Positions 1 through 8,282 of a stretch of 33,558 nt of DNA are shown here, one piece after another. The notes beneath the pieces were generated by a model. That model was not told where the DNA came from, did not search any database, and was given only the letters and a program-made list of their open reading frames with translations. The stretch's first letter is position 1. Each line of letters begins with the position of its first letter. The translations under genes and the position numbers were made by a program. This stretch comes from a virus (taxonomy: Duplodnaviria; Caudoviricetes): IMG/VR virus record IMGVR_UViG_3300020533_000011, positions 1 to 33,558 of that record. One strand, given 5' to 3'.

Positions 1-310
1 ACTCGGAAAAACCGTTGTAGGTGATACGGCAACCTACACGCTCACCGGAAACGATGCCGGCACAACCGCATCACGTAGAATCGCAGCCGACCAATCAACC
101 TATGTACTCACAGGCATAGATGCAAATTTTCAAGTAGTCAAATCAGTTGCAGCCGACAGAGGTACATTTGTACTTACCGGAAACGATGCCGGGGTTATAG
201 CTTCACGTGCTATTGCAGCCGATAGGGGAACATTTACACTTGTAGGCAACGCAGCCACAATAGACATACTTCGCACACTTGTAGCGGACAGAGGCACATT
301 TGTACTCACA
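1..310 (+). repeat. Left copy of imperfect 310-bp terminal direct repeat
   Basis: Aligns without gaps to 33249-33558; 21 mismatches by my count; first 99 nt identical. Confidence 0.95.
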
Positions 311-580
311 GGCAACGATGCCGCATTACAGAAAGAAGGGGATGCCGTACTCACCGCCGAACGTGGTATATTTATACTCACAGGTTTTGATGCAAATCTC
401 ATAGTACCTTTGTATCAGTTCAACTCAAACGTAACTATACAATCAGCGCAAACTACACAGGTAAATATTGTTAGTCAGCAGAATAGTACCGTTACTATTG
501 AAGATGAACAAAGCACACAGGTAACAATACAGGAATCAAATCACTACAACGTAACTATAACCTCAATATTTGAATCATGA
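2..580 (+). CDS. 3' part of a 22-aa-repeat structural/fibre-like protein (continues from 33085 across the junction; absent from ORF track)
   Basis: Open frame LGKTVVGDTATYTLTGNDAG...IFES* with TGA at 578-580 overlapping the next ATG (ATGA); repeats of the type IAADRGTFxLTGNDA followed by five 10-aa xxxxV(T/N)Ixxx repeats. Confidence 0.85.
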   Translation, partial: LGKTVVGDTATYTLTGNDAGTTASRRIAADQSTYVLTGIDANFQVVKSVAADRGTFVLTGNDAGVIASRAIAADRGTFTLVGNAATIDILRTLVADRGTFVLTGNDAALQKEGDAVLTAERGIFILTGFDANLIVPLYQFNSNVTIQSAQTTQVNIVSQQNSTVTIEDEQSTQVTIQESNHYNVTITSIFES

Positions 581-849
581 TATACAACGGCACCAACGTA
601 ACAATAAAGCTAACAGAGCAAGGGGTTAATTTACACAACCCTACTTCTGCTGACATCTATTATAAGAAGCCCAATGGTGAAACAGGTTCATGGGGGGCAA
701 CCGTTATCGCTAACCATGAGATAACTTATACTACAACGGTAGGCGATATTGATGTTCCTGGAGTTTGGATATTGCAGGGGTTCGTAGTTAAGGCTGGGGT
801 AACTTACAAAACTTCAATCGCTCAAATGATTGTGGAAGCAAGTTTATGA
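577..849 (+). CDS. Small beta-sandwich virion accessory protein (BppU N-terminal-like)
   Basis: YYKKPNGETGSW...ITYTTTVGDIDVPGVWILQG pattern resembles BppU_N-like domains; translationally coupled on both sides. Confidence 0.6.
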   Translation: MIYNGTNVTIKLTEQGVNLHNPTSADIYYKKPNGETGSWGATVIANHEITYTTTVGDIDVPGVWILQGFVVKAGVTYKTSIAQMIVEASL

Positions 850-1826
850 CATTATCAGATATAGCACGTTCATACAGGGATAAGTACGGTATGCAAATGC
901 CATCGCTCAAACTTGCACGTATAATGTATGCTGAAAACAAACTATCTTTTAAGCACGTAGAAGCAGCACGAAGTATCCTGCGAAGGATTGAGGGAAAGAA
1001 TCAGAGTCCAGAGAAAGCAATCAAAACCAAATATTATATGCCGACTGAAAGACCGAAGAACCCGTATAAACTACCTGCTTCCGATGAGGCAGACTTCACA
1101 CCCTACAAGATTAAAGGCCACAAACGCATTTTAGTATTATCCGACATCCACGTACCATATCATTCCATCGAAGCGTTAACGGCTGCATTTGATTTCGGAG
1201 TTAAGGAGAAACCGGATGCAATTCTACTGAATGGGGATACCATAGACTGCCACAGGTTGAGTAGGTTTATCAAAGACCCAAAGAAAAGGAACTTTAAGCA
1301 GGAGTTAGACACGTTTAAGGAATTATTTAACATTATCAAAAGCACCTTTAACTGCAAAATATACTTTAAGGTTGGCAATCATGAGGAGCGTTATGAACAT
1401 TTCCTGCAAGAGAAAGCCGGGGAGTTGGTAGGGATAGAAGAGTTTGAGTTTACCAATATACTAAAAGCAAGGGCAGAAGGTATTGAGATAATAGATAATA
1501 AACGCCCTATGCAAATTGGGCATTTGTGGGGCATACACGGCCACGAATACGTAGGTGGAATATCAGCCCCGGTGAACCCTGCAAGGGGTTTGTTTCTGCG
1601 ATCTAAAGTATCCTGCTTTCAAGGGCATAATCACCAGACATCCGAACACACCGAACCGACACTCGCCGGCAAGATGGTAACCACTTTCAGTATCGGCTGC
1701 CTATCGGAACTCCATCCGGCATACATGCCACTCAATAAATGGAATCACGGGTTCGCCATCATTGATACCGATGGGGATGAGTTCGAGTTTCGGAATAAGA
1801 GAATTTATAAAGGTAAAGTCCTGTAA
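846..1826 (+). CDS. Calcineurin-like metallophosphoesterase with N-terminal helical extension
   Basis: Motifs DIH (LSDIHVPY), GD (NGDTID), GNHE, HGHE and GHNH all present in order. Confidence 0.92.
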   Translation: MTLSDIARSYRDKYGMQMPSLKLARIMYAENKLSFKHVEAARSILRRIEGKNQSPEKAIKTKYYMPTERPKNPYKLPASDEADFTPYKIKGHKRILVLSDIHVPYHSIEALTAAFDFGVKEKPDAILLNGDTIDCHRLSRFIKDPKKRNFKQELDTFKELFNIIKSTFNCKIYFKVGNHEERYEHFLQEKAGELVGIEEFEFTNILKARAEGIEIIDNKRPMQIGHLWGIHGHEYVGGISAPVNPARGLFLRSKVSCFQGHNHQTSEHTEPTLAGKMVTTFSIGCLSELHPAYMPLNKWNHGFAIIDTDGDEFEFRNKRIYKGKVL

Positions 1827-1827
1827 A

Positions 1828-2061
1828 ATGAAAGTAATCCACCGCAAGTTAGGAAAAGAAAAAGCGTATGGATTAGCCCACATAGATAGTAATACCATTG
1901 AGATAGATAGCCGACTGAAGCCTAAGCATAAACTGGAGATAACCATTCACGAAGCGTTACACATCCTTTATCCGACTGATTCGGAAACTGCCATCGTTCG
2001 GAAATCTAAGCGACTATGTGCCGTGTTATGGCAGGAGGGGTATAGGAAGGTGGAGAAATGA
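1828..2061 (+). CDS. Mini zincin (HEXXH) protein, 77 aa
   Basis: ATG at 1828, one nt after the upstream stop; YGLA...IEIDSRL...TIHEALH motif; better start than the ORF-track 1762. Confidence 0.75.
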   Translation: MKVIHRKLGKEKAYGLAHIDSNTIEIDSRLKPKHKLEITIHEALHILYPTDSETAIVRKSKRLCAVLWQEGYRKVEK

Positions 2062-2136
2062 TAGGCCTTCCACCTATCCGGCAATGCTGACTTTTGTTAC
2101 TGGGTGTCGACTCATGCTATTGGAACCCACGTTTCT

Positions 2137-2232
2137 TTATTTATCCTTACTCCGGTGCTTATTCTCATACTCACCGATGCGGTAAGCCATTATAAGCGTT
2201 CCGAAGAACATTGCTGCAATAATGTAAATCAT
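2137..2232 (-). CDS. Putative 31-aa membrane peptide
   Basis: MIYIIAAMFFGTLIMAYRIGEYENKHRSKDK; ATGA overlap with the stop of the DnaA-C gene. Confidence 0.4.
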   Translation of the reverse strand: MIYIIAAMFFGTLIMAYRIGEYENKHRSKDK

Positions 2233-2663
2233 AAAATTACGTTAAGGTTTTCAATATGGGTTTTGTACTCGTTATCAAACTTTGAAGTAAGGCTATTGTT
2301 AACTGACTTCTTTGCGTGGATAACGCTGGTATGATCACGGCTGCCGAATATACCGCCCACCTCTGATAAGGTAATCTCCGTTTGATTCAGCAAGTACCAC
2401 ATTGTTATGTGGCGGGCTACTACTATATTTCTCATTCGGCTTTTGGATTGCAAAGACTCAAACGGAATACGGAAGTAATTACTGCAAGTCTTAATTATAT
2501 TATCTATTTGCAGTTTTGAATTCAATACGATAGGAACATTGACTTTCCCTTTCATACCTGGGAGAGCGAAGTAGCTTATCCTTTGTTTGGGCGTGGATGG
2601 CAAGTAAAGAGTAATAAAGGGGGATGCGTTTAAGCGTTCTGTTTTGAGTTTTTTGGTTAGCAT
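2229..2663 (-). CDS. Stand-alone DnaA C-terminal (domain IV) HTH protein
   Basis: SKSRMRNIVVARHITMWY...TLSEVGGIFGSRDHTSVIHA matches the DnaA domain IV signature; start placed at ATG 2663, downstream of a terminator. Confidence 0.88.
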   Translation of the reverse strand: MLTKKLKTERLNASPFITLYLPSTPKQRISYFALPGMKGKVNVPIVLNSKLQIDNIIKTCSNYFRIPFESLQSKSRMRNIVVARHITMWYLLNQTEITLSEVGGIFGSRDHTSVIHAKKSVNNSLTSKFDNEYKTHIENLNVIL

Positions 2664-2688
2664 TGTGCATTGTTTGAAATTGAAGTGA

Positions 2689-2720
2689 TAAAAACCCCCC
2701 GACACTTCTGCCAGGGGGAA
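2689..2720 (-). terminator. Intrinsic terminator
   Basis: Minus strand CCCCCTGGCA-GAAG-TGTCGGGGG followed by GTTTTTAT, just after the 2728-3117 gene. Confidence 0.75.
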
Positions 2721-2727
2721 ACCAAAA

Positions 2728-3117
2728 CTAACCACGAGATAGTAAATTTACGTATTCTGCGCTGAATGGCAAGGCAAATAACTCTTGCATTAATACCCGG
2801 CTTACAAGTATAGCCCCGTTGTTATGCGTTGACCGGATAGATTCATAAGGGATGTGCATTTCGTTAAAGTCTAAATCTTCTAACATACCTTCCTTAGTAA
2901 AATACTCTTCATACCTGTTGGTATTCGGGTTGTAAATTTCCCATACCTTCTTAATGTCTACGATTTCAGTCTGCTGAACGTAGAATTTAATCGTGTAAAT
3001 AGGTTCGCCTGAATCGTCGTAACATACGAAGGAGTTACCTTTTCTGTCATACTGAAGGCCGGTACGCTCTGCATACTGCTGGGCCATTTGCGGGGTTGAA
3101 AGTACTACTGTTGTCAT
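2728..3117 (-). CDS. Hypothetical early protein
   Basis: 129-aa ORF with A/C-rich leader AAAAACCAAACAC-ATG. Confidence 0.8.
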   Translation of the reverse strand: MTTVVLSTPQMAQQYAERTGLQYDRKGNSFVCYDDSGEPIYTIKFYVQQTEIVDIKKVWEIYNPNTNRYEEYFTKEGMLEDLDFNEMHIPYESIRSTHNNGAILVSRVLMQELFALPFSAEYVNLLSRG

Positions 3118-3128
3118 GTGTTTGGTTT

Positions 3129-3212
3129 TTATGGTTTGAGTTTGGGTTTACATTTGAAGATGGCAACGAGGTGGCCATTATAACTATCTAAGAATGAATT
3201 GTGAAATATCAT
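3129..3212 (-). CDS. Possible 27-aa peptide
   Basis: MIFHNSFLDSYNGHLVAIFKCKPKLKP fills the gap in the leftward operon. Confidence 0.3.
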   Translation of the reverse strand: MIFHNSFLDSYNGHLVAIFKCKPKLKP

Positions 3213-3216
3213 ACAA

Positions 3217-3360
3217 TTAATATAATGAATGAATGGTTAATACTCCTGTGTATTTGTTATCCCTCCTAATCCTTACACATTGCTTCTTCGCATCGTGCAT
3301 ACTTTGTGCAAGGATAATATCTCGCAGAATGTTGTTGAAGTAGATGAGGTAGGTGTTCAT
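3217..3360 (-). CDS. Hypothetical 47-aa protein
   Basis: MNTYLIYFNNILRDIILAQSMHDAKKQC...; directly downstream of a consensus promoter. Confidence 0.6.
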   Translation of the reverse strand: MNTYLIYFNNILRDIILAQSMHDAKKQCVRIRRDNKYTGVLTIHSLY

Positions 3361-3365
3361 GAGAT

Positions 3366-3398
3366 CAAAGATATAATTCTATTCCAATACCACCCAAA
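3366..3398 (-). promoter_or_regulatory. Bacteroidota sigma-A type promoter (-33 TTTG / -7 TATCTTTG)
   Basis: Minus strand TTTG-N21-TATCTTTG, 5 nt before ATG 3360. Confidence 0.7.
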
Positions 3399-3399
3399 T

Positions 3400-3576
3400 T
3401 TATTTTATACTTTTTTTCAATTCTTTTAGTATCTCTTTGATTCTCAATGATTCAAATTCTGTAATTTGCGACTTACCATTGCGAAATTCGTGTAATTTCA
3501 GTTTACGGATGCCCGCTTTTCTTTCAATTTCGGTGAGGTTTAACATTCTGTCTTGTAGGATTGTGTGTAAATTCAT
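3400..3576 (-). CDS. Small Cro-like HTH regulator, 58 aa (absent from ORF track)
   Basis: MNLHTILQDRMLNLTEIERKAGIRKLKLHEFRNGKSQITEFE...; LTEIERKAGI..KLHEFRNGK fits an HTH; divergent from recT. Confidence 0.7.
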   Translation of the reverse strand: MNLHTILQDRMLNLTEIERKAGIRKLKLHEFRNGKSQITEFESLRIKEILKELKKSIK

Positions 3577-3580
3577 AATT

Positions 3581-3642
3581 AAAATATATTTTTACAAAAC
3601 TATAAAATATATTTGGTACTTCCAAAATTATTTATATCTTTG
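3581..3642. promoter_or_regulatory. Overlapping divergent promoters with palindromic operator-like sites
   Basis: Plus: TTTG 3612-3615 N19 TATCTTTG 3635-3642; minus: TTTG (3623-3626) N20 TAGTTTTG (3595-3602); AAAATATATTT at 3581 and 3604. Confidence 0.65.
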
Positions 3643-3662
3643 AGTCCTAAAACTTTAAACAC

Positions 3663-4358
3663 ATGAATCTAATCAAACACACCGCCACCGAGATTATGTC
3701 AATCGGTAAGGCGTTTGCGGAATCGGGAATGTTTCCTGACATCAAATCCGCCGCTCAAGCAATCGTAAAGATACAAGCAGGTGCAGAGTTGGGTATCGCA
3801 CCTTTTGCCGCAATGTCCGGTATACACATTATTTCCGGCAAGCCTACCATTGGGGCGGGCGTTATGGCTGCAATGGTTAAAGCATCGGGTAAGTACAATT
3901 ATCGGGTAACGGAGCAGACCGACAAAGTATGCTCTATTATTTTCTACGAAGGTGCTGAAATCATTGGCACTTCTACCTTCACCATCGAAGATGCAAAGAA
4001 AGCAGGTACTAAAAATACCGACAAATTTCCCCGTAATATGTTATTTGCACGTGCGATGAGTAACGGTGTTAAGTGGTATACTCCGGATGTATTTGCGGGG
4101 CCGGTGTATGTGCCGGAGGAAATGGAATCAGTAGGTATCAATGGCAGCATATACGATATTGCTGCCGATACTTGGAAAACCAAACGCATACTAACAGATG
4201 AACAATTCCAATCGGCTATCGTAAAAATTCAAGACGGCGAATGTATCAAAGGCAGCACCGTAACCGTGTACGATTGGGTGAAAACCGAATGCCAGCTAAC
4301 CGAAGCACAACAAAATACATTTAACCTACTAAACACTACCGACAATGGAACTGATTAA
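3663..4358 (+). CDS. recT: RecT/Redbeta-like single-strand annealing protein
   Basis: GAELGIAPFAAMSGIHIISGKP...FTIEDAKKAG...FPRNMLFARA...PDVFAGPVYVPEEM pattern typical of RecT-like recombinases. Confidence 0.8.
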   Translation: MNLIKHTATEIMSIGKAFAESGMFPDIKSAAQAIVKIQAGAELGIAPFAAMSGIHIISGKPTIGAGVMAAMVKASGKYNYRVTEQTDKVCSIIFYEGAEIIGTSTFTIEDAKKAGTKNTDKFPRNMLFARAMSNGVKWYTPDVFAGPVYVPEEMESVGINGSIYDIAADTWKTKRILTDEQFQSAIVKIQDGECIKGSTVTVYDWVKTECQLTEAQQNTFNLLNTTDNGTD

Positions 4359-4842
4359 ATTTAACCACACTACAAAGGAAGAGCGCACACAAGTAGTGCA
4401 TGAAATTTTCCAAGAATTACTGAACGGCCGCATTAACCCTATGGAACTTCACATTCGGATGAAGTGTATTGAGGAAGTAGTAAAGCAACTCACCTCAATG
4501 CCTGCGTACAAAGCCATCGTTTTAGATGATGCTGAAAAGCATGGCAAGTCCTTTCAGTATCACAATGCTAAGGTTGATATTAGGGAGGTTGGGGTGAAGT
4601 ATGATTATTCACAATGCGGGAATAGTCAACTGGCTGAATTGTATGAAAAGCAGGAGGCTATAAATGATGCCATAAAGGAATTGGAAGCCTACCATAAAGC
4701 AATTCCTACATCTGGAGTTGTGAACTTTGTACACAAAAGACACGTAAACCCCGATGTAATAATTGAAACCACAGGCGAAGTAGAAACACATTATCCACCG
4801 GCGAAAACTTCTACCACGAGTGTAGCGGTGACTTTGAAGTAA
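4345..4842 (+). CDS. Hypothetical protein of the recombination block
   Basis: 165-aa ORF overlapping recT; GVKYDYS...TGEV..YPPAKTSTT. Confidence 0.85.
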   Translation: MELIKFNHTTKEERTQVVHEIFQELLNGRINPMELHIRMKCIEEVVKQLTSMPAYKAIVLDDAEKHGKSFQYHNAKVDIREVGVKYDYSQCGNSQLAELYEKQEAINDAIKELEAYHKAIPTSGVVNFVHKRHVNPDVIIETTGEVETHYPPAKTSTTSVAVTLK

Positions 4843-4850
4843 CAACGGCA

Positions 4851-4940
4851 ACCACTTTGGCGTAACCGGGAATAAATACCGGCTTGGGTAACGTCCCTGA
4901 TTGAATCGGGGAGATACGGGTTCGAATCCCGTAGGTGGTT
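4851..4940 (+). ncRNA. Non-canonical tRNA-like RNA / pseudo-tRNA
   Basis: Acceptor stem ACCACTT/AGGTGGT; D stem GCGT/ACGT; anticodon stem CCTGA/TCGGG with a 5-nt loop TTGAA; T arm ACGGG-TTCGAAT-CCCGT; extra CCGG-N9-CCGG hairpin in the D loop; no encoded CCA. Confidence 0.7.
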
Positions 4941-4975
4941 CTTAAAGGCGCTGGCTCCCTATATCCAGTCTTATT

Positions 4976-5242
4976 ATGGCTACATTCTACACAGGCAGCA
5001 TCTGCCTATCAGACATCCCAAAAGAGAAAATTACCGAGGCTAAGAACGGTAAGAAGTACCTAAATTTAACCCTATGGGTGAATGACACGGCTGACCAGTA
5101 CGGGAACATTGGCAGCATTCAAGTTTCGCAGACTAAGGAGCAAAGGGAGGCGCAAGAAAAGAAGCAGTATATTGGGAATTTTAAGGCACCGAATACACAG
5201 GTAGCCGCTGCATCTATTGATGACCAAAGTTTACCATTCTAA
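4976..5242 (+). CDS. Putative single-stranded DNA-binding protein
   Basis: Beta-rich core (NGKKYLNLTLWVND...DQYGN) and acidic SSB-like tail DDQSLPF. Confidence 0.7.
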   Translation: MATFYTGSICLSDIPKEKITEAKNGKKYLNLTLWVNDTADQYGNIGSIQVSQTKEQREAQEKKQYIGNFKAPNTQVAAASIDDQSLPF

Positions 5243-5248
5243 CTCACC

Positions 5249-5275
5249 AGGGAGGGGACAAATTAACCCCTCCCT
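5249..5275. other. Perfect 9-bp GC-rich hairpin (attenuator or processing site?)
   Basis: AGGGAGGGG-N9-CCCCTCCCT intergenic, without a good U tract. Confidence 0.5.
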
Positions 5276-5287
5276 TAACCACAAACC

Positions 5288-5482
5288 ATGACCATCCACC
5301 AATACATCGAACGCAAATACTTTCGGCTAAACACCACCGCCACAATCCGCAACGGGGTGTTATACCATTGGGTAAACGAACGTTGGATGCCAAATAAGGA
5401 ATTTGAGCGGATATACCCTCTGCCGAATAAGGTGGGGAAGCAACTTACTAATTTAGATAAGAATAAGAATGCACTATTATGA
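5288..5482 (+). CDS. Hypothetical protein
   Basis: 64-aa ORF with leader ACCACAAACC-ATG, ATGA-coupled to the next gene. Confidence 0.75.
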   Translation: MTIHQYIERKYFRLNTTATIRNGVLYHWVNERWMPNKEFERIYPLPNKVGKQLTNLDKNKNALL

Positions 5483-5925
5483 AACAACACCCCCTCTGGA
5501 AGCAACGCTATAACACCGCCCATTACAATTACACGCTTGAGCGTACCCCGAATGTGGTAAAGGATGGATTCTACACCGGGCCGCCAACGCCTTTGGTTAC
5601 TAAGTCTAATGGGCTGACAACTTTCATAATCAACTTCCTTAACTGGTCTGGATACCGTGCTACACGGATTAATACAATGGGCCGGCAGATTAACGGGAAG
5701 TTTATCCCATCGGCAACGAGGAAGGGTACTGCTGATATATCGGCTACGATTCGGGATAAGAACGGAATAGGCAGAAGCATTATGATAGAAATAAAAGTTG
5801 GGAAAGATAAAGCATCGCAGTATCAATTAGATGAGCAAAAAAAAGAAAGACAGGCAGGGGGAATCTATGAATTTATATCTACACCGGAACAATTCTTTAC
5901 GTTATTTGATTCAATAGTTAGTTAA
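5479..5925 (+). CDS. VRR-NUC-like PD-(D/E)XK nuclease (resolvase-like)
   Basis: KGTADI...IEIKVGKDKASQYQ...AGGIY motif. Confidence 0.8.
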   Translation: MKQHPLWKQRYNTAHYNYTLERTPNVVKDGFYTGPPTPLVTKSNGLTTFIINFLNWSGYRATRINTMGRQINGKFIPSATRKGTADISATIRDKNGIGRSIMIEIKVGKDKASQYQLDEQKKERQAGGIYEFISTPEQFFTLFDSIVS

Positions 5926-5993
5926 TCTCAAACACAATGATGGTAGTTTGCTATTATCTAAATATATTTGACACCCTATAACCACCACCACCC

Positions 5994-8195
5994 ATGCACC
6001 AATACACCGATTACCAATCACTCGGCCTCAAAGTCATCCCTATACAATGGGATGCAGAAACTAAGCAACCTGTATCACACCGCAACTGGTCTAATCCGGA
6101 TGACCTGCATCTACGACCTACGGATAATGGGTTGATGATACTCACAGACAATAACTACGGCTGCCTTGACTTCGACCTAAAGAATACTAAGGATAAAGAA
6201 CTATTCAGCAAATGGATGGCAATCATAACAAATGAGGCACCGGAAATCTTTAGTAAAGTATTTATAGAGCAAACCCGCAACGCAGGGTATCACGTTTGGC
6301 TAAACTATGCAGCACTACCGAGCAAAACACCGCTTGCAGAATCTCCAGAGGGTAACGAGGTAATCGCATTGTATTCAAATGGGCCTGTAGTTTATACTTA
6401 CCCAACACCTGGCTATACAGAGTTTCACCAAAGTATGGAGGATGTACAGGAATTAACAGAATCAGAATATAACTACCTTATAGAAGTTTCACAATATTTT
6501 AACGAGTACAAACCTAAGTACGATCCGAGCAAGAAAGCTATCAGCTATCCGGCAGGGTATGAATCGCAGTTGGCAGAATATGACAAGTCAATATCGGATG
6601 AAGCGTTCGACACTATTCTGCAATCAATAGGGCTGCTGCCTATACAGGGCTACCGCTACGGCAAGAATGATAAGTTCCAGGCCTACAGGCGCAAGGGTAG
6701 TGATTCGGCCGGCATCTCCGCTAAAGTGTATTACAATGCCCGTAGGGTAATGATATTCAGCGCATCCATGAGTAACTTTCCCCATTGGCATAATAAAGAG
6801 CAGTATCCGGTTTGGTGCTTACCGCCATCGTTTATTCTATTCTACCACCTCGGTAGAGATTGGGATGCCGTACTAAAACACATCGGCATTGAACCTGCAG
6901 AACAGGGTTACCCGTTTAGTATTTTCCCACAACTTATTAACAATTCGCTGCACGAAGTAGCAACCGAAATGAGCCTATGTCCAGAGTTTCTCGCAACTGC
7001 CGGAATATGGACTATCTCATCGCTTGCAGGGAACTGCTATACATCCGACTTTCACAATGTAAAAAACATAGTATTTGCTATTATGATAGCCCCCGTATCG
7101 GTGGGTAAAACTCCGGCATTTAAAGCTATGTGTGAGGAACCATTAGCCGGGCTGCTGAAAACAGAAGATGCCGCCTACAAATTAGCTATGGATAACTGGC
7201 TGATTGAGAAAGCAGCAGCCAACGTAAATAAGGAATCATTCAGCAAGCCTAAACCCAAACGATTCCACCCATTCGCAGTTGATGGCACCACCGAGGGCTA
7301 CATAGCCCTAATGCAAGACCAGGAGGCAGGGATGGGAGTATATCACGATGAAGCGGAAACTATCCTAAACGCAGGGGCGCACAAAGCGAATAACGATGCT
7401 ATTTCATTCTTTACTCAAGCATTCACCGGGGGCAGGTACACCCAAATTAGAGCGGATCGGGAGAAAGAAAGAGTAGTTAAATCACTTAACATATCCCTTT
7501 TGATGGGTACGCAGCCATCCAGGTTGGCACACATATTCGGGGCTGATAAAATTCAATCAGGATTCGCCTCACGTTTCCTTATGGTTAAATCCGATTACAT
7601 CAAACTGAATGAAGATGCCGACCCATTTAGCGGTGGCCGGCAAATGTGTAAGGAGTGGAAAGAATTGGTAACTCACCTGTACCGCATCAACAAAGAATTT
7701 GCAGCCGGGGATTGTGCGCCCATACGAATTGAGATTACACCAGATGCGAAAACACTATACACCAAATACTACAGGCAGAATTTAGCGGATGCGAATAGCC
7801 GGATGGCAGGTAAAGCAGAGCAATACATAATGGGTGCTGAAGCTAAAATGAGCGCATACTTCCCACGGATGTGCCATGTGGTAGCTATATGCCAAAACGT
7901 ACTAAAACCCGTTATAACCGTGGAGATAGTTAACAAAGCATATAACCTGTATAGGTACTATGCGGAGAGTACGATATCCATAATTAGTGAGTTATGTGCT
8001 GAAACGGAATCCGGCCTACCTGCTGACCTGCGGCTACTGGTTGATAACCTACCGCCAAAGTTTACCACAAAGGAGGTAGATTTGCTTTGTGTAAGGCTTA
8101 ACATTAAACCTAAGCGATTCTTCGATGCTATGCGTAGGGCTGACTTTGCAAGGGTTGTGAAAAGGGTGGCGCATGGGCAGTATGAGAAAATGTGA
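5994..8195 (+). CDS. Primase-polymerase fused to DUF3987/YfjI-like helicase-type ATPase
   Basis: N-terminal VIPI...K.P, CLDFD and QTRNAGYH Prim-Pol motifs; C-terminal APVSVGKT Walker A, DGTTEG, HDEAE, GTQP and SGFASRFL. Confidence 0.85.
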   Translation: MHQYTDYQSLGLKVIPIQWDAETKQPVSHRNWSNPDDLHLRPTDNGLMILTDNNYGCLDFDLKNTKDKELFSKWMAIITNEAPEIFSKVFIEQTRNAGYHVWLNYAALPSKTPLAESPEGNEVIALYSNGPVVYTYPTPGYTEFHQSMEDVQELTESEYNYLIEVSQYFNEYKPKYDPSKKAISYPAGYESQLAEYDKSISDEAFDTILQSIGLLPIQGYRYGKNDKFQAYRRKGSDSAGISAKVYYNARRVMIFSASMSNFPHWHNKEQYPVWCLPPSFILFYHLGRDWDAVLKHIGIEPAEQGYPFSIFPQLINNSLHEVATEMSLCPEFLATAGIWTISSLAGNCYTSDFHNVKNIVFAIMIAPVSVGKTPAFKAMCEEPLAGLLKTEDAAYKLAMDNWLIEKAAANVNKESFSKPKPKRFHPFAVDGTTEGYIALMQDQEAGMGVYHDEAETILNAGAHKANNDAISFFTQAFTGGRYTQIRADREKERVVKSLNISLLMGTQPSRLAHIFGADKIQSGFASRFLMVKSDYIKLNEDADPFSGGRQMCKEWKELVTHLYRINKEFAAGDCAPIRIEITPDAKTLYTKYYRQNLADANSRMAGKAEQYIMGAEAKMSAYFPRMCHVVAICQNVLKPVITVEIVNKAYNLYRYYAESTISIISELCAETESGLPADLRLLVDNLPPKFTTKEVDLLCVRLNIKPKRFFDAMRRADFARVVKRVAHGQYEKM

Positions 8196-8251
8196 GTTGG
8201 TTACAATACATAACCGACTGAAATAATAGTATTCATGTGGTGTTTTGGTTT

Positions 8252-8282
8252 CCCCTGGTGTTTCTACATCGGGGGTTTTTTA
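8252..8282 (+). terminator. Intrinsic terminator ending the replication operon
   Basis: CCCCTGGTGT-TTCT-ACATCGGGGG followed by TTTTTT. Confidence 0.8.

Noticed and set aside
1-310. Diversity-generating retroelement TR/VR pair formed by the two terminal copies
   Set aside because: Many mismatches do not involve adenine (C/G, C/T), most are synonymous, and no reverse transcriptase is present
130-402. Minus-strand 90-aa repeat ORF in the track
   Set aside because: Antisense shadow of the plus-strand repeat gene; variation between copies is mostly synonymous in the plus frame
4791-4799. DnaA-box-like TTATCCACC (also TTATCCACT at 22793)
   Set aside because: Isolated 8/9 matches inside coding regions, as expected by chance
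5275-5826. 183-aa minus-strand ORF and the many other short antisense/nested ORFs in the track
   Set aside because: They overlap well-supported plus-strand genes, with no motifs or initiation context
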